Shown here one piece after another: positions 53,201 to 63,233 of a stretch of 64,000 nucleotides of DNA (within the stretch, counting starts at the first letter, position 1; the number at the start of each line of letters is the position of its first letter). The notes beneath the pieces are model-generated. The model was not told the origin of the DNA. It made no database searches and saw only the letters and a list, made by a program, of their open reading frames with translations. Made by a program: the position numbers and the translations under genes. This DNA comes from Cyanophora paradoxa CCMP329 (taxonomy: Eukaryota > Plantae > Glaucophyta). Where the stretch lies: NCBI GenBank assembly GCA_004431415.1, contig QPMI01000071.1, positions 310,001 to 374,000 of the forward strand, in the 5' to 3' direction.

Positions 53201-56200
53201 CTGCAGGGCGATGTCGCGCACATAGTCCGCATCGCATCGCACGGTCGTCTTCAGAACTGCGATTGAAAAATTATACTATGTGCGGGCAAACACATTTGAT
53301 GTTTAGTATCGAGCGCGCGGCCTCGGCGGGGGCGCGCGCATGCGCACTGGGCAGGTAGAGCGTTTCGAAGGCGAACAAGGTGGAGCTGGAGGCGCCCCCG
53401 AACGACACGGAGAGGGCGAGGGTGTAGTTGGCGGGCCGCTCGTTCAGGTCCTCGCCGACGATCGTAAGGGCAGAGTCGGCGGAGAGAGGAGAAGGAAGGG
53501 CGGTTCGCCGGAGGGCGGGGCCGGCGGCCAGGCTCCACGAGAACAGGGCGCCGGCGGGGAGGGGCGGGCCGCCGTAGGCAAGCACGACGCCGGAGGAGGG
53601 AAGTACGGCGCGGTTAGCCGACCGGCCGGCGCCCGGGGCCGTGCCGTCAACGTTCGTTTCCACGGCTGCAACGACGCCGGAGACAATACGTACAGATGCG
53701 CTGCGCATTCAAGAGGGCCCGGCGGCTCAAACGTTAAGATTGGCTCCGGGCAAGCTCTAGTTCAATATTATTGACGCACGTCAATGTGGGAGGGGAAGTG
53801 GGGGTGGGCGTCGAAGAGGGAATGGCCGTAGGGGAGGGGCTAGCGCTGGCGGTCGGGTTCGGCGAAGGCGTTGCGGACGGGCTCGGGCTCGGGCTAGGGC
53901 TCGGGCTGGGGCTTGGAGTCGGACTGGGGCTTGGGGTCGGGGTAGGACACTCGGTCGTGCAGCTACAAGCGTCGGAGACTGCGCTCCCGCGTCACATTCT
54001 CTGCACAACCGAGCACGGCACAAGAGGTATTTATTTGCAATATTAATATGAATTGGTCGCACTGCTGACTGAGGCCTCGTACAAATCGTTCCGGCGGGCG
54101 GCGCTCGAGAGGAGCGCCGACGGGAGGGTAACTCCGCCAAACATGTACGCTTTGTTCGTTATAACGTTCATCCCTTGCGCCCCGACTGCGGAAAAGCTTC
54201 GGGCTTCAGCGCTGCACGAATTTAGATGTACAGTTCGGGTTGTAGAGCGCGATGAGCGTGGAATATTAATTCTCAAACGGTTTCGCTTTAGTAGAGATGT
54301 TGTCGGTGCAAAGAAAAGAGACTTAAGCTAGTGATATATAAGATGCCCTGGAACGGTACCGGTACCAGCACTCACGAATCGCATCCGGCGCGCTGCCGGT
54401 CAGAGCAACCTTCTCCCATCCGATGTAGGTGCCGTTCGGTGAGGAGTTGGGGCAGATCGAGGCACAGTGCGGCTTGTAGACCCACGCATCGTCGGCCACG
54501 AGCGAAATATTCGTGCCCAGCAGACCTCCGACGATGATGAGCGTTGGCTTTCCATTGACTGTAGGCGCAAAGTGCCTGCGCCAATGTTGGACCGGGCCGC
54601 GCGATTGTGAGCATGCAGTAAATGGCAGCGGCTCGAGCTCATGGTTACCAAGGCCCGACGCGTTGCGAAGGAAGCTGGCATGACTTCAACCCAGCGCCTA
54701 GGAATGTCCACGTGTATGGAGTGACGGCAAGATCCAGATATCTGCCCGCGGAAGTTGAAAATGCGAAGTGATTCTGATGCGTTTAGAGTGGCGAGGTGTC
54801 GATCGCGAAATACCCGAAAGCCGTCTTTGTCGGGTCGAGGTTGACATTAGCCGAGCTGCCGCCAAACGTGTAGCTGCCGGCCACATCAATATAAATATAT
54901 GAAATCAAACCTCTTAGCATGCGAGTTCACATCAACATTAATAAAACTGCAGGGGCGCTCACACGCGGGAGCCAAGGAGGCTGCACGCAAAGTAGGCACG
55001 AGGAGCCATAGAGGCGGCTGGGGCGTTCACAAGAAGGGTCGTCCACGTGTTCGTGGACAGGTCGAATCTCTGGAGATCTGTACATGTTTGCGAGCACTAT
55101 TCATCAGCATGCGCAGACTTAGATATGTACAAACACGAATTCGAGGCGCTTCGTATTGATATTCGTGTTCCGTTCGTTGCAGCTGTGCGCGTTGTGGGCC
55201 GGGGCGCACCGTTCAGCACAGAAGACGTGCCCGAGGTAGCGTTGTTGAAGGACCCGCCTAAAAGGTAGAGGGCGTTCGCATAGTGCACCTTGGGCGATAA
55301 ATATGCATGAGTCGTTATTTTATATGCCATACGCATGCTAATTATAAAGAGCCACGGCCACGCGCCGCCGGCGCGCTCACCATGCAATGACCAAACCGTC
55401 GGCGGTTTACATCGTAAGCACCGATGACGGTTGCAGTGGCTCCTCCTGTCTCGAGGTTCGCTAGATCTGTGCATGCAAAGAACATGAACAATTGCAATGC
55501 GCATGCTCGAGCTCGAAGCCTTGAAGACGCGACAGAGAGCTAAACTATTATATCAATGCGCACCGAACTTTGTCACGGAGCCTCCGAAGGCCTGGCCAGT
55601 CCCTCCATACGCGGCCAGACCGCCGGCTCCCGGTTGAAAGCCTATCGTAGAACGAAACCGGTCACTCAAAAGCTTGCACCAATCAATGTAATCCATTTTG
55701 AAACCAGATCTCTATAGCTAAATCTTGTCGTGCGCATCAATTATTTCGCATGAACACAATTATGGAACGCCGCACCGCCGAAAGTGTACACGTTGGTGAC
55801 GGCATCGAACAGCGCGTAGCTTCGCGTCTGACGTCGACGTACCCGTGGAATATTAATATTTAGTCGGCCCGCGGAAAATTAAAGAAGCGCCAGCTCTGGG
55901 CGCGATTAAGCCGCGTACGTACCATCGCGGCAATCTCGATATTGGTCGGGAAGCTCAAGACCTCCCACGTCAGAGGGCCTGCGTACCGCGTTAAGCTAGT
56001 TTAGATATAATCGTAGATATCGATTGAATATGCAAGGATCCGAATGTTTATCGATGGGTCCGGCACCGCACTTGTTAGTTTCAGGCGGTAGTACGGCTGC
56101 GGGCAGGCTCGCCCCTCTTGCGCCGCCGATGTCCCGTTGCAAGTCGACCCCAGCATGAAAAGGCTCGTCACTCCAGCCACCGTCGCAACCGTACCCTGCA

Positions 56201-56558
56201 AGATTGAAGATCAGGATTCTGGAGCTTGTTCTTAATGGCGGACAAGCTGAATCTTAAAAGCGGGCAAGCTGTACTTGAGATATAAGGTACAAATTCAATT
56301 ATCAACACTCGTTTAGCAGAAGGCGCCCGGCCGGCGCACCCTCGTTTCTCGCGGAGACGGCGCCATGGCGGGGTTCGACACCGGCGGGTTCTTCACGATT
56401 GCAATGGAGTCCGCCGCGGAGCAGGGAGCAGGCGCCAGCACGAGGAGGACGATCGCGAAGCTTAAGCCTAAGGCGGCGGCTGCAAGCGGCGGCGGCTGCA
56501 GGGAGGAGGCCAAGCGACGCCGCCGCAGCTGCACGTACGCGTGCACGTGCACCTGCAT
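47234..56558 (-). CDS. Large multi-exon polycystin-like membrane protein: signal peptide, Kelch-like propeller, Pro/Ser/Thr stalk, REJ-like, SEA-like and PKD-like domains, TRP/FLC-like multi-pass TM domain, low-complexity tail
   Basis: Signal peptide LGLSFAIVLLVLAPAPCSA. Kelch-like motifs NVYTFGG, RRFGHCM|VHYANALYLLGG, KAYMFGGV..RRNDLY. (PS)n stalk at 53790-53945. SEA-like FRSNLTDAMSAAFGVPARRIGGVALGRGSVIL. PKD-like NRPPVAAI..ILDGRSLSADVDGAVQAYIW. TRP-like KQLQSAAVLGMYASTK|IPPSYRTYATGLGIFML, followed by several hydrophobic exons. Stop at 47234. The start may instead be an upstream ATG (56651 or 56696). Confidence 0.75.
48244..48287. repeat. 21-bp tandem duplication inside an intron
   Basis: agagcatctagatatagacct agagcatctagatatagacct. 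Confidence 0.8.
51397..51449. repeat. AT-rich intronic palindromic minisatellite (TTATA(TA)AGC)n
   Basis: cttataagtgattataaccttataagcttatataagcttatataagcttataagc. Confidence 0.75.
53790..53945 (-). repeat. Coding hexamer repeat (AGCCCG/AGCCCC) encoding an extensin-like PSPSPTP stalk
   Basis: Plus strand gggctcgggctcgggctagggctcgggctggggcttggagtcggactggggc. Confidence 0.85.
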
Positions 56559-57959
56559 GCGCAACTGCAACGTTAACTGCAGCTGCGCTCGCGCCGGCCG
56601 CGGTGGATGCTGCAGCTGAAGTCGGCTGCGGGCTGTGTATGCACGCGGCATCTCTCTGGATGTGCTCCGAGGCTCCGCGCCGACGTCCGAATTCATGATC
56701 AGCTACGGTCGGCCCGGCGGTCAGTTACGTTGCGGGGATCAAGCGGCGCCTGCAGCTGCAGCTGCGGAGAGCACTGCCGCATTTCCCGCGCGAACCGCGC
56801 GTGTGCCGCCGCGCGCGCCGGAGCGCTAGCCAGCGTGTGCGCCGTAGGCGCGCCGGCGGGCCAGGGGTCCTGCAGCTGCGCCACTGCGCCGCGCGCGGCT
56901 GCTCGGGTCTCGGAGTCCGACGGTCTCTCGTGCTCTGCAGCTGCGATCTGCGCGAGGCCGCCGGCGCCGGCTCCGGTTGCGAGCCCTCAGCGGCTGCAGA
57001 TGCGCATGCTGCCGGCCGTGCCAAAAGGCTACCGGTATAGCCTATAGGCTATAGCTAGCGCATCCAGGCTGATATCGATGAGCTTGCGCACTGCGGCCGG
57101 GCATCATGGCATGTGCGCACTGCGCAGGCGCCGCAGCTGAAGGCATGCGCAGCGCGCAGCTGCTGCGCCGCCTGCGCGCGCCCGCCGCCCAGGCCATGGA
57201 AGGCTGGAAGGAGGAGCTTCCTGAATAACCCGCTGGGTACACCCGACTCGTGACCCGAGTCGGACCAGCCAATCACAGAACAGTCTATCCCTGCCAATAC
57301 AAATGCGACCGAAAAAAGCTCTTTATTATTAGTGGCCGGGCCGGGCCGCCCGGGGTACGGGACATCGACCTACTACGTACGGGCCGTTTTTGTTTTTCAA
57401 GTAACTTGAATTTCTTTTCAAGTTTTTTGTTTTTTTTCAAGCTCTCTTTTTCGGGGGCTGAAGGCATGCGGCCCGGCTGCCCAGGGCCCAGGGGCCCATG
57501 GGCCATGGGGCACAGCCGCACAGCAGGGACAAATCAAAGAAAGTTTTGTTTTTGGTGAATTGCCGCCCAATTTATATAACAAGATCCGTGCTCCTGCGGA
57601 GCACTAAGTACGGCGAAGCCTCGCGGACGCTCTCGCGGCTGTCACAGTAGGCCTTGGCAGCCTAGGCCTAGCGCACTGGCCAGCGCGCTGCCCGGCCAAA
57701 TGGCTGGCTGGAATTCGAAGCTGGCGGCCGGGCCATATATATGCATGCTGGCTCGCTAGCTATATATATAGCCAGAGGGCTGGGGGACGAACCTGGCTGG
57801 CCAGAGAGGAATGTAATGATCGAGGAGCTAGAGGGAATTTATAATTAGGGGAGGAGTTGGACGTACTGGCTTGCTTTTAACTGGTGGAGCATATTGAGAG
57901 GAGATTTTATGTATTGGCTTGTGCACGTGGGGGGGGTGGGAGCCCGAGGATCCGGAGGG

Positions 57960-60900
57960 GCGAGGTTCTTGCAGCCAGGCGCATGCGCAGAGCTTGCCAA
58001 TCGCTTAAAAAGAATCTCGCATGCATATAGTACCAATGTGCAGGGTTGCGGAGGCGAGGGCGCGAGGAAAGACGTGCAGGTCCATGCAGGATCGAATTTT
58101 CAGGGTCGGCTGGATTCTCGCGCCCTGTCGCGTTGTCGGGGGTCGCAAAAAGCTTAACGAAGATGTCAAATTACTATTGTAGCGATGCGCACGCGCGAGG
58201 ATGCGAGGGCGCGCGGAAAGGTCTGCAGGTCTGTAGAGGATCGAATTTTCGGGGTGGGCTGGGTCCTCGCGGCCCGGCGCAGCTATAAAGCGTGCGGAAG
58301 GCTTCTTCTACATCTCAAATGCTTATGCTATTGTTCCGCGCATGCGCCGCGGCATGAGTGCGCGGAAAGATGTCCAGGCCGGTGCAGGATCAAATTTTTG
58401 CCGTCGGGTACCTTCGTGCGCTGTTCGGCATCCGAAAAGCGGATTTCGTGGGTGCGCAGGCCCTGCTATGTCTATGCGCGCCAGTGCGCATCGATTGCGC
58501 GCGTCGCGGGACCGGGTGGGACCGGCCGGATCAAATTTTCGGCCGACTCTTCGCACTGGAGCGTCGACGGCGCCCGAAATCGAGCTTGCGGCGATGCGCT
58601 CGCCCTCGCGCGTCATTCTGTATCGGTCTGGGGCGTCCCTGGCGCGGTTTCGTCGCGGGACCGCGGAAAGGTCTGCAGGTCTGTAGAGGATCGAATTTTC
58701 GGGGTCGGCTAGGTCCTCGCGGCCTGGTGCATTTATAAAGCGTGCGGAAGTCTTCTTGTACATCTTAAATGCTTATGCTATCGTTCCGCGCGTGCGCCGC
58801 GGCGCGGGCGCGCGGAAAGATGTCCGGGCCTGTGCAGGATCGAATTTTTGCTGTCGGGTACCTTCCTGCGCTGTTCGGCCTCTGAAAAGCGGATTTCGGG
58901 GTGCGCAGGCCCTGCTATTTCTATGCGCGCTCGTACGCATCGTTTGTGCGCTTCGCGGGACCGGCCGGAACCGGCCGGATCAAATTTTCGGGCGACTGTT
59001 CGCACTGGAGCGTCGAGGGCGCCCGAAATCGAGCTTGCGGCGATGCGCTCGCCCTCGCGCGTCATTCTGTATCGCTCTGGGGCGTCCCTGGCGCGATTTC
59101 GTCGCGGGACCGGGCGGGACCGGGTCCCACCTTCTGACTCGGACTGCATTTGTCGGAGGTTAAGTACCGGAATTGATCCAGAGGGAAATTCGATTTTCGC
59201 GGGACGCCCACGGGGAGCGGTCGTCTTAGGGGAGCCAGGACGCTAAAAATGGATCTAGAGAGGTCTGTGGGGGTTCGGGTGGGTGTGTGACTAGCGGCAA
59301 TCGCGTCCGTGTCGAGGCAGAATTAATAATTCTGGCTCGAGGGAGTGCGACACGGAAATTATTTAGCAGGGGGGATCTCGAGTGGAAAAAAAGGTTAAAA
59401 AAGGAATTTAGATCGTCGGTTTTTGGGTTTGAGACAAGATCCGTGCTCCTGCGGAGCACTAAGTACGGCGAAGCCTCGCGGACGCCCTCGCCGCTGTTAC
59501 AGTAGGCCTATATATATAGGGCACTCAGCGACTGGCCAGCGGCCTGGCCGATCGCGAACAGCTTTCTGCAGCTGGCTGGAAGCTGGCTGGCTGACGGCCA
59601 GTCCAGCTAGCGCTGGCCGGCTAGAGGAATATTAATTTACTGAGGAACTAAAGGGTGGAGCAGATTGAGAAGAGATTAATTATAATATTGTTGGGAAGGA
59701 GGCCCGGGAGGGGCGAGGTTCTCGCGGCCAGGCGCATGCACAGAGCTTGCGAATCGCTTAAACAGAATCTCGCGATCGAATGTATATAGCATCGATGTGC
59801 GGGGCTGCGGAGGCGAGGGCGCGCGGAAAGACGTGCAGGTCCATGCAGGATCGAATTTTCGGGGTCGGCTGGATTCTCGCGCCCTGTCGCGTCCTCGGAG
59901 CTCGCGAAAAGCTTAACAAAGATCTCAAATTACTATTGTAGCGATGCGCACGCGCGAGGATGCGAGGGCGCGCGGAAAGCTGTGCAGGTCCGTATACGTA
60001 CAGGATCGAATTTTCGGGGTCGGCTGGGTCCTCGCGGCTCGGCGCATACGCAAAGCGTGCGGAAGTCTTTGCCTACATCTCAAATGCTTATGCTATTGTT
60101 CCGCGCATGCGCCGCGGCGTGGGCGCGCGGAAAGATGTCCGGGTCCGTGCAGGATCGAATTTTTGCCGTCGGCTGGGTTCTCGTGCTCTTTCGCGTCTTC
60201 GAAGCTTGTGGAAGGCTTTGATAAAATCTCAAATGAATATTGTAGCGATGCGCATGCGCGAGAATGCGAGGGCGTGCGGAAAGATGTTCAGGTCCGTACA
60301 GGATCGAATTTTCGGGGTCGGCTGGGTCCTCGCGGCCTGGTGCATTTAGAGACCGTGCGGAAGTCTTCTTCTACATCTAAAATGCATATGCTATCGTTCC
60401 GCGCATGCGCCGCGGCGTGGGCGCGCGGAAAGATCTCCGGGCCTGTCTAGGATCGAATTCTTGCCGTCGGGTATGTCCAGGATCGAATTTTTGCGTCGGC
60501 TGGGTTCTCGTGCCCTGTCGCGCCTGCAGAGCTTGCGAAAAGCTTTAAAAAGGAGTCAACTGAAAATTGTAGCGATGCGCTCGCGTGAGGATGCGAGGGC
60601 GCGCGGAAAGTTGTGCAGGTCCGTCCAGGATCGAATTTCCGGGGTCGGCTGGGTCCTCGCGGCCCGGCGCATTTAGAGACCGTGCGGAAGGCTTCTTCTA
60701 CATCTCAAATGCTTATGCTATCGTTCCGCGCATGCGCCGCGGCGCGGGCGCGCGGAAAGATCTCCGGGCCTGTCTAGGATCGAATTTTTGCCGTCGGGTA
60801 CCTTCCTGCGCTCTTCCGGCTCCGAAAAGCGGATTTCGGGGTGCGCAGGCGCTGCTATGTCTATGCGCGCCCGTACGCATCGATTGCGCGCGTCGCGGGA

Positions 60901-61070
60901 CCGGCCGGAACCGGCCGGATCAAATTTTCGGCCGACTCTTCGCACTGGAGCGTCGACGGCGCGCGAAATCGGGTTTGCGGCGATGCGCTCGCCCTCGCGC
61001 GTCATTCTGTATCGTTCTGGGGCGTTCCTGGCGCGATTTTGTCGCGGGACCGGGCGGGACCGGGTCCCAC
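57960..61070. repeat. Internal ~149-bp tandem subrepeats of the Helitron-like elements
   Basis: The core GGATC(G/A)AATT occurs at 58089, 58238, 58387; 58688, 58837; 60003, 60152, 60301, 60450; 60628, 60777, all in 149-bp steps. Copy A also has a 450-bp higher-order duplication (58238 vs 58688). Confidence 0.9.
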
Positions 61071-61391
61071 CTTCTGACTCGGACTGGATTTGTCGGAGGT
61101 TAAGAACCGGAATTGATCCAGAGGAATATTCGATATTCGCGCGACGCCCACGGGAGAGCGGTCGTCTTAGGGGAGCCAGGACGCTAAAATTGGCTCTAGA
61201 GAGGTCTGTGGGGGTTCGGGTGGCTGTGTGACTAGCAGCAATCGCGTCTGTGTCGAGGCAAAATTAATAATTCTGCCTCGAGGGAGTGCGACACGGAAAT
61301 TATTTAGCAGGGGGGATCTCGAGTGGAAAAAAAGGTTAAAAAAGGAATTTAGATCGTCGGTTTTTGGGTTTGAGAAAGAGGCTTCGCCTGA
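59435..61391 (-). mobile_element. Non-autonomous Helitron2/Helentron-like element, inner copy B (1,957 bp), nested in copy A
   Basis: Same termini as copy A: 5' 16-mer at 61376-61391, hairpin at 59443-59459, CTTG end at 59435-59438. Removing it restores copy A's TCAGGCGAAGCCTCTT^TCTCAAACCC with no duplication. Confidence 0.8.
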
Positions 61392-61432
61392 AAGAGGCTT
61401 CGCCTGATTTATATAATTACCGGCCACATGTA

Positions 61433-63219
61433 TTTTTTTTTTTGGTGAATTACCGGCCACAGTCTCTAGACACCAGCACTGCGGGGGCTGCCCAGGGGGC
61501 ATAAAGACAAAAAAGCAAAATAACTAAGACAAGAGCACGAAGAAAGATAAGACAAAGAGCCAAAATCGACAATAAAAAAGGAAAGACACAGAGCTCGAGA
61601 CAGATCGATAGCGAGAAGAGACGATAAATCGAGCAGATCTAGGGACAGAGGATAACTGACACGAAGAAGAGCCAGAGCTAGAGATACCATCAATATCAGA
61701 AGGAATTACATCACTAAGAAGCGGGGACAAAATTGAGAAAGATAAATAACAGGAAGAAGACAAGTAAGAGGAACAACAAGACGACATGGAGGCGGAGGCG
61801 AAGCAGGACGATGCGAAAGGGCAGAGCTACGGCACGAGGTCGAGGAGGACACAGGAGGCGGAGCAGGCGGATCAAGAGCAGGCAAAAGGACAGTCAAAGG
61901 AATCACTAAAGCCGGCCAGGGTCGAGGCGGGCAATCGAACTGCAAACGACGGCGAACAACAGGTCGAGCACGAGGACTATAGCTAGTATTGAAACTAACT
62001 CTAGCATCAACACTACGATCAGAATCCGAACCAGACCGAACTAAACTAGAAGACGAAGAAGTACGCCGGCGCCGGCGGGATACGATCGCGACCAGCGAAG
62101 CAGAAGACGAAGGCAAAGGCGGCAGTCCGGTATCAAGAACAAAGGCCGGAGGGTCCGGCCCGGCAAACCGCCGGGGGAAGTAGAAGGAGCCGCAGGCTCG
62201 GCAAGCCGGCGACGGGTACGACCACGAGTCCGGGAGGAGATCGGGGAAGCCGGTCCCGGAGCTGAGGGCCCAGGAGCAGAGCCAGGAGAAGGTAAGCCCG
62301 GCGAGAAATCTGACCCGGAGCCGGAACCCAGCGAACGACGACGACGAAGAGGCCCCGAGGAGCCACGACGGGGGAGCTACCGAGCAAAGTACTGACAGCC
62401 GGCGCCGAACACGGCGGCGGAGGTACCCCGCAGACAGTGGCAGGCGGAGAGTCCAGGGTCGATCGAGAGATCCGCCGACGGGAATGCGGCGGGGGCCGAC
62501 GAGACGGAAGAGGCCTAGGCGAGGAGGGGGCCGAGGAAGGGTCGGAGGCAGGGGAAGGGCCGCGAGCAGGTGACGGGGATCGCTGCCGGCGCCGAAGAGA
62601 GGGCAGCGAAGCTGGAGAAAGGTCGGGTGGCGCCGGATCAGATGACACGGAGGTCATGGCCATGGGCGGCGCAGAGAGAGACGAGCTCGAGGGCGCAAGG
62701 GCCCGACGAGGGCGCCGGCGGCGAATCTCACGAGCGCCAGGAAGCGGGATAGGACCCGCATATGGGACCCGAGGCGCCGAAGGGGAGCAGGGAGCCGGAA
62801 TGACGGGGAGACCGAAAAGAGGACAGTCTCGCCAACACTCGGAAGCGGGGCAGAGGCCGAGGACCCGGAGCTCGAGGGGGGAGGGAGGGCGGAGGAGGAG
62901 AGAGAAGGCGGCTATTCGAAGGGTATGGAGAATCGAGAGCGGAGGCGAGGGAGGCCGAAGTGATGGCGAGCTCTGGAGGCGAGGGGGCCTGCAAGCGGAT
63001 CCGGGAAAGTGGATGCAGATGCAAAGAGACCGGGGACGTAGAGGCGGGAGGGGCATGCAAAAAGATAGTGCCGCCCAGCGTCACAGTTGCAGAAGCGGGG
63101 GCAAGAAGGATGGGCTGAAGAGGGGGCTGAACCAGGAGGACGTCAGAAAGAGGGCCTCGCAGGGGCGGAAGTGGAGGAGCAAGGGGAAGAGGTAAGAAGG
63201 GGTATGGAGCTGCAAGATG
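61433..63219 (-). mobile_element. Poly(A)-tailed retroposed insertion (1,787 bp, no recognisable ORF) with a 14-bp TSD
   Basis: T11 at 61433-61443 directly follows ACCGGCCACATGTA (61419-61432). The same 14-mer recurs at 63220-63233. The plus strand is strongly A/G-rich and T-poor. Confidence 0.68.
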
Positions 63220-63233
63220 ACCGGCCACATGTA

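Larger units (their letters stand above)
57580..61407 (-). mobile_element. Non-autonomous Helitron2/Helentron-like element, outer copy A (57580-59434 plus its displaced 5' 16-mer at 61392-61407; ~1.87 kb)
   Basis: On the minus strand it begins A^TCAGGCGAAGCCTCTT and ends GAGGCTTCGCC-gtactta-GTGCTCC(GCA)GGAGCAC-ggatCTTG^T. It has an 11-bp asymmetric inverted repeat, a subterminal hairpin at 57588-57604, and no coding capacity. Confidence 0.78.

Noticed and set aside
57960-61070. CRISPR array or rDNA intergenic spacer
   Set aside because: The sequences between the cores are homologous to each other rather than unique spacers, and there are no cas genes or rRNA sequence. The repeats are bounded by transposon-like termini.
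57580-61407. Simple tandem duplication or LTR pair
   Set aside because: The terminal 16-mer is doubled at one end and absent at the internal junction, which fits nesting. There are no TG..CA ends, PBS or internal domain.
61460-61492. Canonical Helitron 3' end (hairpin + CTAG) in the shared 33-mer
   Set aside because: The stem is weak and homology continues past CTAG. The adjacent poly(A) and 14-bp TSD fit retroposition better.
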